Shown here: piece by piece, positions 1 to 13,319 of the stretch | Numbering within the stretch: position 1 is the stretch's first letter | Layout of the letters: every line of letters begins with the position of its first letter | From: Lingula anatina | Taxonomy: Eukaryota > Animalia > Brachiopoda | Direction of reading: 5' to 3' | Length of the DNA: 64,000 nucleotides | NCBI GenBank assembly: GCA_051362555.1 | Contig: CM120643.1 | Coordinates: 5,146,001-5,210,000 of the forward strand | Made by a program: the position numbers and the translations under genes | The notes under the pieces: model-generated | Seen by the model: only the letters and a program-made list of their open reading frames with translations | What the model was told of the DNA's origin: nothing | The model's database searches: none

Positions 1-1388
1 ATTTCAGGGAGAACCAATAAGCCTGTTTTCATGAAACTCACAGGAGTAATCAATGTTATCTATATACAAATCAAGTTTAAAAATAAGATTGATTGGTTGA
101 GTTTTGAGGGACTTCAGCTTTTATTTGTATATAAGTGGTTTTCCTCAGATTTGATTGTCAGGCATGTTGACAGTTTCGTTATTGAACTAACTAGATATGT
201 AAATATGTTAGTGTTTGTCTGAAATTTTCTGCATCTTTACAACATTGCTAGTTGATTAAATAAATATGACGGTAAACATGTTATCATGTACTGTGTAATA
301 CAGTGTCTCAAAATGGAGGAAATGGGGTGATTATTTTCAAAAGTTTTGCATTTTTTTTCTCTTTTTTTCAGTGTACATGCAACACTGTAAACACACTTCA
401 AGGAGAACCAATAGGCCTGTTTTCATGAAACTCAGAGAACTGATGATTATTAGTAAATTAAAAAGAATGATCAAGATTGAAAATCAGCATGACCAGGCCC
501 TTTTCTTTCAAATGTTATGCTGGTTTTTTTTTCAGCATATATGTAACACTGTAAGCACATTTCAAGGAGAACCAATAAGCCTGTTTTCATGAAACTCACA
601 GAACTGATGATTATTAGTAAAAGAATGGTCAACATTGAAAATCAGCATGACCAGGCCCTTTTCTTTCAAATGTTATGCTGTTTTTTTTAAGCATATAAGT
701 AACACTGTAAGCACATTTCAGGAAGAACCAATAACTTAAAGCCTGTTTTCATGAAACTCACAGAACTGATTATTATGAGTAAAAGAATGGTCAAGATTGA
801 AAATCAGCATGACCAGGCCCTTTTCTTTCAAATTTTATGCTGTTTTTTTCAGCATATAAGTAACACTGTAAGCACATTTCAGGGAGAACCGATAGGCCTG
901 TTGTCATTAAACTCACAAGAGTGATCAATGTTATCTATATACAAATCAAATTTAAAAATAAGATAGATTGGTTGAGTTCTGAGGGACTTCAGCTTTTATT
1001 TGTATATAAGTGGTTTTCCTCAGATTTGATTGTCAGGCATGTTGACAGTTTCGTTATTGAATTAACTAGATATGTAAATATGTTAGTGTTTCTCTGAAAT
1101 TGTCTGCATCTTTACAACATTGCTAGTTGATTATATAAATATGACGGTAAACATGTTATCATGTACTGTGTAATACAGTGTCTCCAAATGGAGGAAATGG
1201 GGTGATTATTTTCAAAAGTTTTGCATTTTTTCTCCTTTTTTCAGTGTACATGCAACACTGTTAACATATTTCAAGGAGAACCAATAAGCCTGTTTTCATG
1301 AAACTCACAGAACTGATGATTATTAGTAAAAGAATGGTCAAGATTGAAAATCAGCAAGACCAGGCCCTTTTCTTTCAAATATTATGCT

Positions 1389-1423
<35 letters not shown>

Positions 1424-1900
1424 CAGCATATATGTAACACTGTAAGCACATTTCAGGGAGAACCAATAACTTAAAGCCTGTTTTCATGAAACTCACAGAA
1501 CTGATGATTATTAGTAAAAGCATATTAGTAACACTGTAAGCACATTTCAGGGAGAACCGATAGGCCTGTTGTCATTAAACTCACAAGAGTGATCAATGTT
1601 ATCTATATACAAATCAAATTTAAAAATAAGATTGATTGGTTGAGTTTTGAGGGACTTCAGCTTTTATTTGTATATAAGTGGTTTTCCTCAGATTTGATTG
1701 TCAGGCATGTAAACAGTCTCATTATTGAATTTACTAGATATGTAAAATGGGTTGTTTGACAATTTCTGCGTCTTGACAATATTGCTAGTTGATTATATAA
1801 AAATGGTGGTAAACCTGTTATCTTGTATTGTGTAAAAAAAGTGCCAAAATGGAAATGAACTCGTATCATTGTAGTTTGTCAGATTCAATCATTCACAATG
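1..1900. repeat. Tandem repeat array A: ~160 bp short and ~395 bp long monomers in an ~875 bp higher-order unit, truncated at the window start
   Basis: Anchor CATTTCA(G/A)GGAGAACC recurs near 1, 396, 558, 714, 876, 1268, 1450 and 1543. 1-875 is repeated from 876, and a third copy from ~1543 decays towards 1900. Confidence 0.9.
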
Positions 1901-2899
1901 TTCGGAATGGAGGAAATTGGACATTTAAACTTGTTATATTGATATTTTTGCCATCTCAACAATTTTCTTAGTTGATCATGTGAAATGGCAATAAACTGTA
2001 TTATTTTATGTAAAAAAAGTTAAAAATGGAAAGAAACCCATTTCAGTACAGTGCTCTCTTGTATACATTTAGCATTTTCAAAGTATGACTTTGGAGTTCC
2101 ATGAACCTGAAAACCTTTGCTAGTCACATTTTCTGAATATTCATGATACTAATATTTTATTATAAAAAATTGATGATCATTATGCTGTTAAGCATTATAT
2201 AATATTGCATCAAATTGGAAGAAAGCACAATTTTGGGTGCTGCTGGCATGATGTCCTCAATTGTAAAATTGTGTACTGTTCAAGTCTGTATCCAATGGAC
2301 GACACTTTGTGTTATCAAAATACAAAATTCATGATAATAAAAGAGTGCTAAATAGAAAATAAGCATTATGAAAATAAAATGTTTGAAAACGAATTTCTTT
2401 GGTCTTTTATTTTATTTCATCAGTATCCTTTCTTTTCCTAAATTAATTGATGTTTTATCTCATAATCTTCAATTCTAAAAAAGTGGCAAAGCCCAGCATT
2501 AAATATTGTATAACTGTTCATTTAATCATCACCTCTGGTGTTATTTTGGAATTTACCTTAAATATGAAAGAATTTCATAAAAATGTGAATTGCTGCAAAG
2601 TAACGCTATATAAAATTTGCTTTGCATTAAAAGTACAATCATTATTACATGTAGATGCATGCATGTCCTCGGTTGTAATGTGTAGTGTCTGTCCGTGTGT
2701 GTGTCCGTGTGTGTCCTCGGTTAGAATGTAAAATTCTTGTCAGCAAAAAATTAGTTTTTATAAAAAATTAATTTATAACATTCATACTCGAATAGATTTT
2801 ACCCTAAATTGAATGTTTTTATTTTGATTTAACCAAGGAATAAGATGTCCTCGGTTGTATGGTGTTGTGCTGATGTCCTCGGTTGGTACACATAGACAA

Positions 2900-2930
2900 G
2901 TATGTGTGTGTGTGTGAGAAAGAGAAAAAA

Positions 2931-2964
<34 letters not shown>

Positions 2965-2991
2965 TGTGTGTGTGAGTTAGAGAGAGAGGGG

Positions 2992-3024
<33 letters not shown>

Positions 3025-3658
3025 CTTGTTTGTGGGAGGGTGTGGTAAGAGAGATAGAGAATTTAGTATTAAAAAAGCTCAAAGAACTTCAAAATTGATT
3101 TTAAAAAACTAAACAATAATTTTATGCCAATTTTGAAAGTTGTATTATTTTTAGAATAAAAAAACAGAAAAATTTGACATTTTGTTAAAACAAAGAAGTG
3201 TTCAGCTTATCCAGTATTTTAAAAATAATAAAAAAATTATATAACACACACATGATCAGGCGAAAAATCTCTTTATATCTGTAATCTTGTGCCATTATAT
3301 CATGCATACTCAGTTTTAGATATACTCAAGGTGATAATAAAGGGTAAATGTGAACTGTTGAGATTTGGGTGGGGGTGGGAATGAGTTGTGCGCTTAGCAA
3401 AAATCTTGATATAGACAAAATTTTATAGATACATTCTGATGCCTGTGTATTGTCTGTTGTGACATTGAATTAGTCTGTATGTATTCTGATCATCTGAACT
3501 CAACTCAACCTCACATCATCAGCACAGGTCAGTGCAACAACGATATTGGTACACTGGTGATTCTCTTCAATCCCATTTTGAACATTGCCGCTATATGTTT
3601 TACCTGCAAAATTATCATTTTGGAAAAAGGTGAATTAGATCCCACTCAGTTTTATATA
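2900..3658. repeat. ~750 bp segmental duplication (copy 2 at ~5290-6038) with (GT)n/(GA)n microsatellites and the start of satellite B
   Basis: Near-identical sequence GAGAAAGAGAAAAA...AAAGCTTGTTTGTGGGAGGG...CCCACTCAGTTTTAT at both places. The ORF track gives the same spurious peptide start (MSFFNTKFSISL...) twice. Confidence 0.9.
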
Positions 3659-3890
3659 TATTCAAGGTGACAAGGGTTAATGTAAACTGTTGGGGGGCAG
3701 GAATTCACTAAGCAAAAAACTTTATATAGACAAAATTTCATGTATAACTGATGCTTGTTCATTGTCTGTTGTGACATTGAATGTGTCTGCATGTATTCTC
3801 ATCACTGTCTATGTCTTTATTGTTCCTGTATGTGTTTATTATAATATAATAATATATTTTGATCACTGTGTTATGTCTGTGTTGTAACTA

Positions 3891-3972
<82 letters not shown>

Positions 3973-4749
3973 TTTTTAAATGATGATTTATTATCTGTTT
4001 TCAGTAGAAATGAAGGCGTGTTTCCAAAATTATCATCACACTGAGGACAGTTGAATTCATCTGTTCACCATCTCCTTCTACAACCACACAGTATCAGCAA
4101 AGGTCAGTGCAACAAAGATATTGCTACACTGGTGATTCTATTCAATCCCATTGTGACCATCGCCACTACATGTTGTAACTGGGAAATTATCATTTGTAAA
4201 TGGGTCATTGAGATCTAAATCAGTTTTTGATATGTTCAGGGTGACAAGGGTTAATGTTAGCTGTTTGGAATTGGGGGATGAGGGTTCGCTGGGCAAAACT
4301 CTTGATATAAACAAAATTTCATGTATACATCTTGATGACTTTGCATTGTCTGTTGATATATTGATTGTGTCTGTATGTATTCTGATCACTGTCTTTGTCT
4401 TTGTTGTTGCTGTATGTGTTTATTATAATATAATAATATATTTTGATCACTGTGTTATGTCTGTGTTGTAACTACCGTATATATCTAAATATATAATAGT
4501 ATATATATATATATATATATATTTTTTTTAAATGATGATTTATTATCTGTTTTCGGTAGAAATGAAGGCGTGTTTCCAGGATTATCATCACACTGAGGAC
4601 AGTTGAATTCATCTGTTCACCATCTCCTTCTACAATGATATATTGATATATTGAATGTGTCTGTATGTATTCTGATCACTGTCTATCTCTTTATTGTCAC
4701 TGTATGTGTTTATTATAATATAATAATATATTTTGATCACTGTGTTACA

Positions 4750-4833
4750 GATTTTTTAAAAATGGCCCAATTCTTTTTCACCAAGTGGGCCAAAATGGCC
4801 CTACCAGATTTTGACCCAGGTATAAAGATCCCT
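4750..4833. mobile_element. Short hAT-like terminal fragment (second copy ~17008-17139)
   Basis: Ends in ...AGATCCCTG, like the right TIR of the hAT at 58322-60245. Duplicated together with flanking satellite. Confidence 0.4.
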
Positions 4834-5331
4834 GTTATTCTCAGGAAAATCCAATTTATTTACTTTTTAAAACATAAAATCAATAGAATGTTTCTAATAT
4901 AAATTTTCAAAACAACACCAGAGGGCAAATTAAATCAAATCAACCAGTGGCTAAACACAGGCAGGCTTTGTCAATTTCACCAACTTGTTTATTTCAAACA
5001 GTGCACTTTTCGGACATGCGCAGTCGTTTGAATCCTGTGCTATTGTGTGTACAATTTATTTCAATGAATTATAGAAATCAATTTCTTCATTTTCCTTTGG
5101 TTTGTTTCATATTTTCTATTTCAAGATATGATACTTTACTGCTTGGGGATGCTCTTCCCATTGCTGCATTTTACAACATAGTGCTTGCTTTATCCACTTG
5201 GCAGCAGCACCTTACAGTGAGGCTGAAGTCTTCATTAAGTCTCAGTGATGTCTTGGTGTGTTTCTGACTCTGTGTGAATTTGTGTGTGTGTGTGTGTGTG
5301 TGTCTGTGTGTGTGTGTGTGAGAAAGAGAAA

Positions 5332-5366
<35 letters not shown>

Positions 5367-6038
5367 TTAGAGAGAGAGGGGGAGAGAGAGAGAGAGAGAG
5401 AGAAAGCTTGTTTGTGGGAGGGTGTGGTAAGAGAGATAGAGAATTTAGTATTAAAAAAGCTCAAAGAACTTCAAAATTGATTTTAAAAAACTAAACAATA
5501 ATTTTATGCCAATTTTGAAAGTTGTATTATTTTTAGAATAAAAAAACAGAAAAATTTGACATTTTGTTAAAACAAAGAAGTGTTCAGCTTATCCAGTATT
5601 TTAAAAATAATAAAAAAATTATATAACACACACATGATCAGGCGAAAAATCTCTTTATATCTGTAATCTTGTGCCATTATATCATGCATACTCAGTTTTA
5701 GATATACTCAAGGTGACAATAAAGGGTAAATGTGAACTGTTGAGATTTGGGTGGGGGGTGGGAGGGAGTTGTGCGCTTAGCAAAAATCTTGATATAGACA
5801 AAATTTTATAGATACATTCTGATGCCTGTGTATTGTCTGTTGTGACATTGAATTAGTCTGTATGTATTCTGATCAGCTGAACTCAACTCAACCTCACATC
5901 ATCAGCACAGGTCAGTGCAACAACGATATTGGTACACTGGTGATTCTCTTCAATCCCATTTTGTACATTGCTTCTATATGTTTTACCTGCAAAATTATCA
6001 TTTTGGAAAAAGGTGAATTAGAGCCCACTCAGTTTTAT

Positions 6039-9000
6039 CAAGGAGTTATAACAGAAGGAGATTACACGCGTGGGGGTGGAGCCCGTATTACGGTCTCTCA
6101 TTGGTCGGAATGAATAGAACCCAGAGAACAATGGATGCCTATCTCTGTTACGCTTAATTGTTACTCTCGTTTAAATCTCGTTTGTCAGAATAGATGCCTT
6201 CGTCTGTCGTTTGGAGAGGACACAAACAGAAACGCAGTCAAAAGTTTCTTAAAATGAGAGAATTACAGAATTTATATGATATTACGTTGGACAAGGTTTT
6301 CAAAAAACAGGTAAGTGCTTTTAAATGCATAACTACATGAAATATGAAGATAAATTGCAACTTTTATGTCGTAGGGTCTCACTGTGTAAGTGTCCAGCTA
6401 CACGTTGATCTCGCGAGGTGGTGTGTGGAGAATAAATATTGCACGAAAAATATTTCCCACTCATAACAAGTGCCTATAAATATAGTATCAGATGAAGAAA
6501 GTTTGGTCTTTATACAGTTGCAATTGTTAAGTAATTTGTGGTAATAGCAAAGAATAAAACTTAGGTGCACTTTCAGTAGCCGAATAACAAGCAGATGCTT
6601 AAGCCGCCATCTTGTTAATATTTCGAAAAAAAATTACTCCAAAAGACATTTTCCTCCTACTTTTTGAAACTTGTGTCACATGACAGTCATAAAATTTAGC
6701 TAATTGTTATGTGTGCAACACACTTGCTTGAGCAGTATTGTTTTTTTTTGCGATTTTACATGTGGTCTAGCTTGGATACGACAATTGACAATTTTCATGA
6801 GTTCCGATCAAAAAGTGTTACGCTTGTTACGGCCAAAAGCCTTACCGCTTTTTGTACTTTTCAAATGCAAGATTATAAAAAAATTTGGTGTGTTTAGATT
6901 CTTGAACATCTTGGTCGTGGCGTGGTATATATTGCATGGATACTGCTCCAATATTTCCTGAAAAAAATAACCTGATTTGTTCAGAATACCAATTTTTTAC
7001 TCTAGTGTTATGGGTAAATGTACCATTTTGGCCTTTACCTTTTTCATGTTTAAATCTAAAAAGACTTATCATGACAGTTGGTCATCATTTTTCATCTCAC
7101 CATGGTGGGTGGCTTTGGAGTGGTAACTTTGTTGTTTAAGTAAAGTGCTCAGTTTTTTTGACTGGAAAATTTTGCCTCCACCCAGCATTTTCCATCATGG
7201 CGGTCTAACAGGAAGTTTGACTTCATGGCATAGTTATTTTTAACTTATTTAGTCTTTTTTTTTACATATATGTGTTTTAATTTATATTAAACCTTTGAAA
7301 AAAGAACACATGAATCCTGGTGCTTTTAATTTAAAGTCTAAAGGTTTTAAGTTCACCTAGGCTATACCAATTACTTAACCTGTTATCTCACTACACATCT
7401 CCCTCTGAGTCAAGGTGTGTAAGACACACCTTATTGTGTAAGACACCTCTATAATTAAGGGGTACTTGCTTCTCTACTTTAATTATACTTCACTACTTTG
7501 GCATGTTAGGTGGCAAGCTTGGATGTTTCTGTTCATTTTAAGAAAGAAGCTTTGCCTTGGTGGTTACAAAAGAATAGAACTCTATTAAGGTTTATTCATT
7601 ACTTGAAAGTAAATATTTCATCTTGCAGTGTTGAAACAGAAATTCTCTCAAAATTGATAATGAATTTTACATGCTTATCTTAACACTACTCAAGTTTTTT
7701 TATTCTATTATAGATATGGGAGAAGGCTGCATTGAATACATGAATTATGGTCAGGCTGGAAAAAATTAAAAAATGTCAATGAAAAAAGGAGGTCAGCGTG
7801 TCTGGGGTAAGTTACTTTTGTCATAATGCCTACGATGCATTAAACATTCACTAACAACAGTACCCTTTTTTAAATTTTTTTCAAAATACAACAACCTTGG
7901 GCATTTTCCTTTTAGCAACCAGCCTCTCTGAAATCCCCTTTTTGTCCTGTCAGAAGAGTAGGAATCAGGGCGGATTTAAATAATTTCTTGTAATAAGTAC
8001 AATTTCTTTCAATTTCTTGGGGTTATTAGCTTGTGATCATGAATCTTGATATTCTATATAAATTTAGTTGTCAATTGTTCATTTATGTGGTGAACATTAT
8101 TTCAGTCAAGTCAAAACAAGACACATTAAACTTCACTGCGTAATTCCATAATGTCTTCATGGATACTTGTAGTTCATAATGCTATTATTATGTTTTTTTT
8201 CTAACCTACAGGTTTCTCTCTTTTCTGAGTGGCATGGCATTGGCAGGCAGAAGAAAAGGCCCTGAAGAAATTCTCACCTGAGTTGTCCTTTTTGGAGAAG
8301 AAACTGGATAAGACTGGCCAACAGAGATTGCATTAAATTAATAGTGCTCCTTCATGACATTTTAAAACATTTACAGTCACCTAACTGACTCTATACCTTT
8401 CAAAAGTTGACATAAATTTTATGTTACTGTCACGTGGAAAAAAATTCAAAACCTATATATAATTTGTTGAGTGCCATGGTATAACAGTCTACTTGATTGC
8501 CAGTAAAATTTGGACTGTTTCAGTGAAATTTCTTTAAAGCAGTCACTTACTGGCCCAGTTAATTTTTTCAGCTGTAACATGTACTCCAGTTCATTTTATA
8601 AATGTTCTTACTAAGTGTTGTCTTGATTCATAATAACCTTTTGAAAATCCCATGTTTTTTATCCTATTTGTAAGAATTAGCCACTTTATCTTCTAGGGTT
8701 TTTTTTTCATTCAGCCCATTAGATTCTCAGACCTTGCTGGCCTGTCAGTGGAATAGTATCTGGCACAGACTGGTATCAGCAAGTCAGATAAAAAGGAATA
8801 TAATTATTTCTATTTGCACGGTTGAAAAAAATGCCAACATAGACTGCATAAAACTGGAGAACCATAGCAACTTAGTCATTCTTATGACTTCATTAATTAC
8901 TGCTTATGTGTAAAATTTTGTTTTTGTTCTTCTATTGATATAATAAAATGGTTTTACTCATGATGCTTGAGTATAGAGTTGACTTAAAAGATATTTTAAG

Positions 9001-9890
9001 TTAATATAGTAAATAATAGTTTGAAATTCAAAATTCTCATCTTTATTTGTTTCACTTTAAAGAGCTCAGTTAATACTAAAATTTCTGATATATTTTGTAC
9101 ATTAATATATTTATGAATGAATAAAAATTATTCTTAATGTTTAGCACTGTGTACTTGTTTACCGACAAATATGAAGTGTTAGTATGTGTCAAAATAATCC
9201 TGAAAAAAAGGGAGATTTCCAAGATAAAGAAATTTATAACGAGTATTTAGTAAACTGGCATGTCGTGGCATTGCCTCAACCTTTGATTAAAATTTCACTT
9301 TAATGCATTATGATATTAAAATTATACCGAGTGAGAGAAAAAAATACTTAAAGAAATTTAAAACCAGACACAAAGCTTAGGCACTGTCTCAATGTATATG
9401 TTTATGGGACCCAAGGGCAGGAGGGTCAAAACGTTTATGTATTAATATTATGTTCTTTGGCAGTGAGGACAGACGTTCACTTGAATGTCATTTTCACAAA
9501 CCACAGTTGGGACGTTTTCTTTTGACTTATCCTTGGTGATTTTTCACTGTGTTGTGCAAAAGAAAAGCCATCTATCACCGACTCAAAAAAACTCATGGCG
9601 ACCATCCTCAGTCACCACCTTATAATCGCTTTCTATGATATCGTTCCCTCCCAGCACATCGTCCAAATAACTACCTGTGAAAAAAATCTTCAGCACACAG
9701 CGCCGCTTTGACACTACTGATCTCGAATTCTAACGCGAAATAACGCATATAAAATCAATCTCCAAGCGGAGGAGAGCGACCCAGACGAAACCTTGAGACA
9801 GGAGGCCCCCCGTAGCTAGCTCCGCCCACCGTAACAGACATCGGACAATAGATAGGCTTGCGTGTAATCTCCTTCTGTTATAACTCCTTG
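6039..9890. mobile_element. P-superfamily-type non-autonomous DNA transposon (3852 bp)
   Basis: Perfect 31-bp TIRs CAAGGAGTTATAACAGAAGGAGATTACACGC (6039-6069 / 9860-9890). 7-bp TSD GTTTTAT (6032-6038, 9891-9897) that restores the satellite monomer. CA..TG ends with a 7-8 bp TSD are typical of P elements. No intact transposase ORF. Confidence 0.8.
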
Positions 9891-10136
9891 GTTTTATATA
9901 TATTCAAGGTGACAAGGGTTAATGTAAACTGTTGGGGGGGGGGCGGGAGTTCACTAAGCAAAAATCTTTATATAGACAAAATTTCATGTATAACTGATGC
10001 TTGTTCATTGTCTGTTGTGACATTGAATGTGTCTGCATGTATTCTGATCACTGTCTATGTCTTTATTGTTCCTGTATGTGTTTATTATAATATAATAATA
10101 TATCTTGATCACTGTGTTATGTCTGTGTTGTAACTA

Positions 10137-10172
<36 letters not shown>

Positions 10173-10687
10173 TTTTTTTCATTGATGATTTATTATCTGT
10201 TTTTAATAGAAATGAAGGTGTGTTGCCTGAATTATCATCACACTGAGGACAGTTGAATTCATCTGTTCACCGTCTCGTTCTACAACCACACAGTATCAGC
10301 AAAGGTCAGTGCAACAAAGATATTGCTACACTGGTGATTCTATTCAATCCCATTGTGACCATCGGCACTATATGTTGTAACTGGGAAATCATCATTCGTA
10401 AATGGATCATTGAGATCCAAATCAGTTTTTGATATGTTCAGGGTGACAAGGGTTAATGTTAACTGTTTGGAGTTGGGGGGCGAGCATTCGTTGGGCAAAA
10501 CTCTTGATATAAACAAAATTTCTTGTATACATCTTGATGACTTTGCATTGTCTGTTGAGACATTGAATGTGTCTGCATGTATTCTGATCACTGTCTATCT
10601 CTTTATTGTTGCTGTATGTATTTATTATAATATAATAATATATTTTGATCACTGTGTTATGTCTGTGTTGTAACTACCATATATATC

Positions 10688-10739
<52 letters not shown>

Positions 10740-11768
10740 TCATTGATGATTTATTATCTGTTTTTAATAGAAATGAAGGTGTGTTTCCTGGATCATCATC
10801 ACACTGAGGACAGTTGAATTCATCTGTTCACCGTCTCGTTCTACAACCACACAGTAACAGCAAAGGTCAGTGCAACAAAGATATTGCTACACTGGTGATT
10901 CTCTTCAATCCCATTTTGAACATTGCTGCTATATGTTTTACCTGCAAAATTATCATTTTGGAAAAAGGTGAATTAGATCCCACTCAGTTTTATATATATT
11001 CAAGGTGACAAGGGTTAATGTAAACTGTTGGGGGCGGGAGTTCACTAAAGCCCCTATTTCACACAGACCACGAATCCCACGAATGGCCAGGGATTGACAA
11101 ATTTCAGGATTCGTGGTTGTATCGTAATCAGTTCGTGAAGTTCTTAACAGATTCGTATATATTCGTAGTCAGTTCTTGCACTTCTTGACTAACAGGAATT
11201 AGTGGCAAAAATCTTGATGTCCCTATTTCACACAGATCATGAATTCCACGAATGGCCAGGAATTGAAAATTTCAGGATTCGTGGTTGAATCGTAATCAGT
11301 TCGTGAAGTTCTTAACAGATTCGTATATATTCGTAGTCAGTTCTTGCAATTCTTGATCAATCAGCAATTCATGGCAAAAACTTTGAGCTGTTCAACATTT
11401 TGGCCACGAACTCCCGATTCAAAAAATCGTAGTTAATTCGTAGCATTGTAACTGAATCTTAATTGATTCGTAGGCATTCGTATGTATTCTTAACTCATTC
11501 GGGGATTCGTGAATACCTGCACTGACCACGAATCGGCTACAAATCAGTCACGAATCTCACGAATAATCGCCGAAGCATGTACGAAGCAAGTAAGAACTAT
11601 TTACGAATTCACGATAGCGAACGAATCAGGCACGAATCCGCTACGAATCTCCCGAATCTATCACGAATCAGCTACGATTGCCGGACAGTTGGGTATATAA
11701 GGAGTTTAACATTAATTTCAGGTCATTAGCTGCTGACGATTGTGTCACGAAATCCACAAATTAGCAAG

Positions 11769-12938
11769 ATGCCAAGAAAACCTGCAAGAAAGGGCAAGGA
11801 GAGATGTAAGGCAAGCAAGCGAATCAGGGAAGATTTTACAGAAGGCTCCCCACCTAGAGAAGCTACCCCTCCACCTGCAGATGAATCAGCTGCAGAAGTA
11901 GAAAAAGATGTGGCAGATTCAGCAGCACAGTCAGTGGCTGCTGAGTCAGTGGCTAGTGATGTTGATGATGAACTAGCAGCTTCTTCCCAGTCCAAGAGCA
12001 AGAAGGCCAGGGTCTTGTCCAACCTCACAGAGAACGAACAAGAGGAGGTGGCCCTATTCCTTGAGAGGAGTGACTTTATCTACAACAAGAGGCGGGCAGA
12101 CCATACCTTTGTCTCAAAAAAGAATAAGGTTTGGAACGATCTGGCACAGGAGATGGGGAAAGAAGTAAAGGCTTTAACTACATTTTTCGAGAGTATCCGT
12201 ACACAGATGGGGAAACTCAGGAGGAAGAAGAGCAGGCAGGCAGCTGTTGATATGACAGACCGCCAACAGTGGATATGGACCAGATTCCAGTTCCTGGTGC
12301 CCCACAGCGGACAAGTCACCAATCGCACAGTCCAGAGCTTCCGGAGTAGCGCCACCATCAGCCAGGGTGAGAAGTCCCAGGAAGAGGAGGCCCAGAATCC
12401 AGTAACCACCTCACTGTCCACCACCGCTACGGGGAGCTTGACTGTGACGGAGCCCAACAGGGGATGCAGAAGCAGAGGGATGGGGCCACAAATTCTGGAC
12501 CAGGCACTGCATACCTGCCAGGACCGCCAGGAGAAGCTGTTACAGATCCTGCAAGCCCCTTCCGTGCCTGTTGCCCCCCACCCAGAGAGGTTAAAGTTCG
12601 CGGAGTACCTCGGGCATGCTTTCCAGAACCTGCCCCAGTCCATCTATCGCGACGAACAGAAGGCCATTTTTGATCTTCTATACAACGCTGAGAAGCAGGC
12701 AGATGAGGAAGCAGGAAGATCAGCACCAGAACCAGCACCAGCACCTACTCAACAGCACCAGCAGTGGCAGCCGCATCCCTTGCTGTGGCAGTCCAGACCA
12801 GTGGCTCCAGCTCGGTCGGTGTGGCACTCACAGGATTCAGCCTGGGTCGACAGGCAGTTCCCAGGGTATACCCAGTCCCCAGCCAACAGGAACTGGTCCG
12901 TCAGAGGTCCTCACAAGCAGCTACCTGCACCACCATGA
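11769..12938 (+). CDS. Harbinger Myb/SANT (MADF-like) DNA-binding partner protein; probable C-terminal frameshift, with the alternative frame running to 13120
   Basis: ATG at 11769 (MPRKPARK). Segment FIYNKRRADH...KNKVWNDLAQEM...FFESIRTQMGKL...TDRQQWIWTRFQFL fits a MADF/Myb-like trihelix. Second ORF inside Harbinger TIRs, with a Pro/Gln-rich tail. Confidence 0.82.
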   Translation: MPRKPARKGKERCKASKRIREDFTEGSPPREATPPPADESAAEVEKDVADSAAQSVAAESVASDVDDELAASSQSKSKKARVLSNLTENEQEEVALFLERSDFIYNKRRADHTFVSKKNKVWNDLAQEMGKEVKALTTFFESIRTQMGKLRRKKSRQAAVDMTDRQQWIWTRFQFLVPHSGQVTNRTVQSFRSSATISQGEKSQEEEAQNPVTTSLSTTATGSLTVTEPNRGCRSRGMGPQILDQALHTCQDRQEKLLQILQAPSVPVAPHPERLKFAEYLGHAFQNLPQSIYRDEQKAIFDLLYNAEKQADEEAGRSAPEPAPAPTQQHQQWQPHPLLWQSRPVAPARSVWHSQDSAWVDRQFPGYTQSPANRNWSVRGPHKQLPAPP

Positions 12939-13319
12939 TGCCTCCTGCTGAAAACAAGCAGCCCCAGAGGTCCTCCAGTGCCCTTGTGTCCCAGGATTCG
13001 TCATTCGGCAGTCTGTCTGAACTACTGATGGACGTAGAACCCACAGCAGTTGCCACTCCGGTCACAGAGACGTCGACGGCAACCACTGAGACTGACAGGT
13101 CCTCACTCTCCACTCCTTAGACTGTATTATTAGCTATGTGCTACTTAGAATGTGTGCTTTTAGCTGTGTGCTTTAAGTGATATGTTTTTTTATGATTATG
13201 ATATTCATGTAAAAACATGTACTTTGATAAGTATTTCTGTCTTTCAGTTTGAATAATGCAAATAAAACTTCAAAAAAAAAATTGTGATAATAATAATAAC
13301 AATCAGAAGTTCATAATCC

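Noticed and set aside
3980-4044. C/D box snoRNA-like motif pair (ATGATGA...CTGA, ~65 nt) in each monomer
   Set aside because: The C box is lost in several copies (GATGTATT) and the D box in others (CACTAAG, CACTTAG). No terminal stem, no rRNA complement recognised, and it overlaps the acceptor-like site. An Infernal/snoscan run would be needed to revive it.
6380-9551. Transib/RSS-like CACTGTG heptamers inside the P-type element
   Set aside because: No paired TIR or matching 5-bp TSD found.
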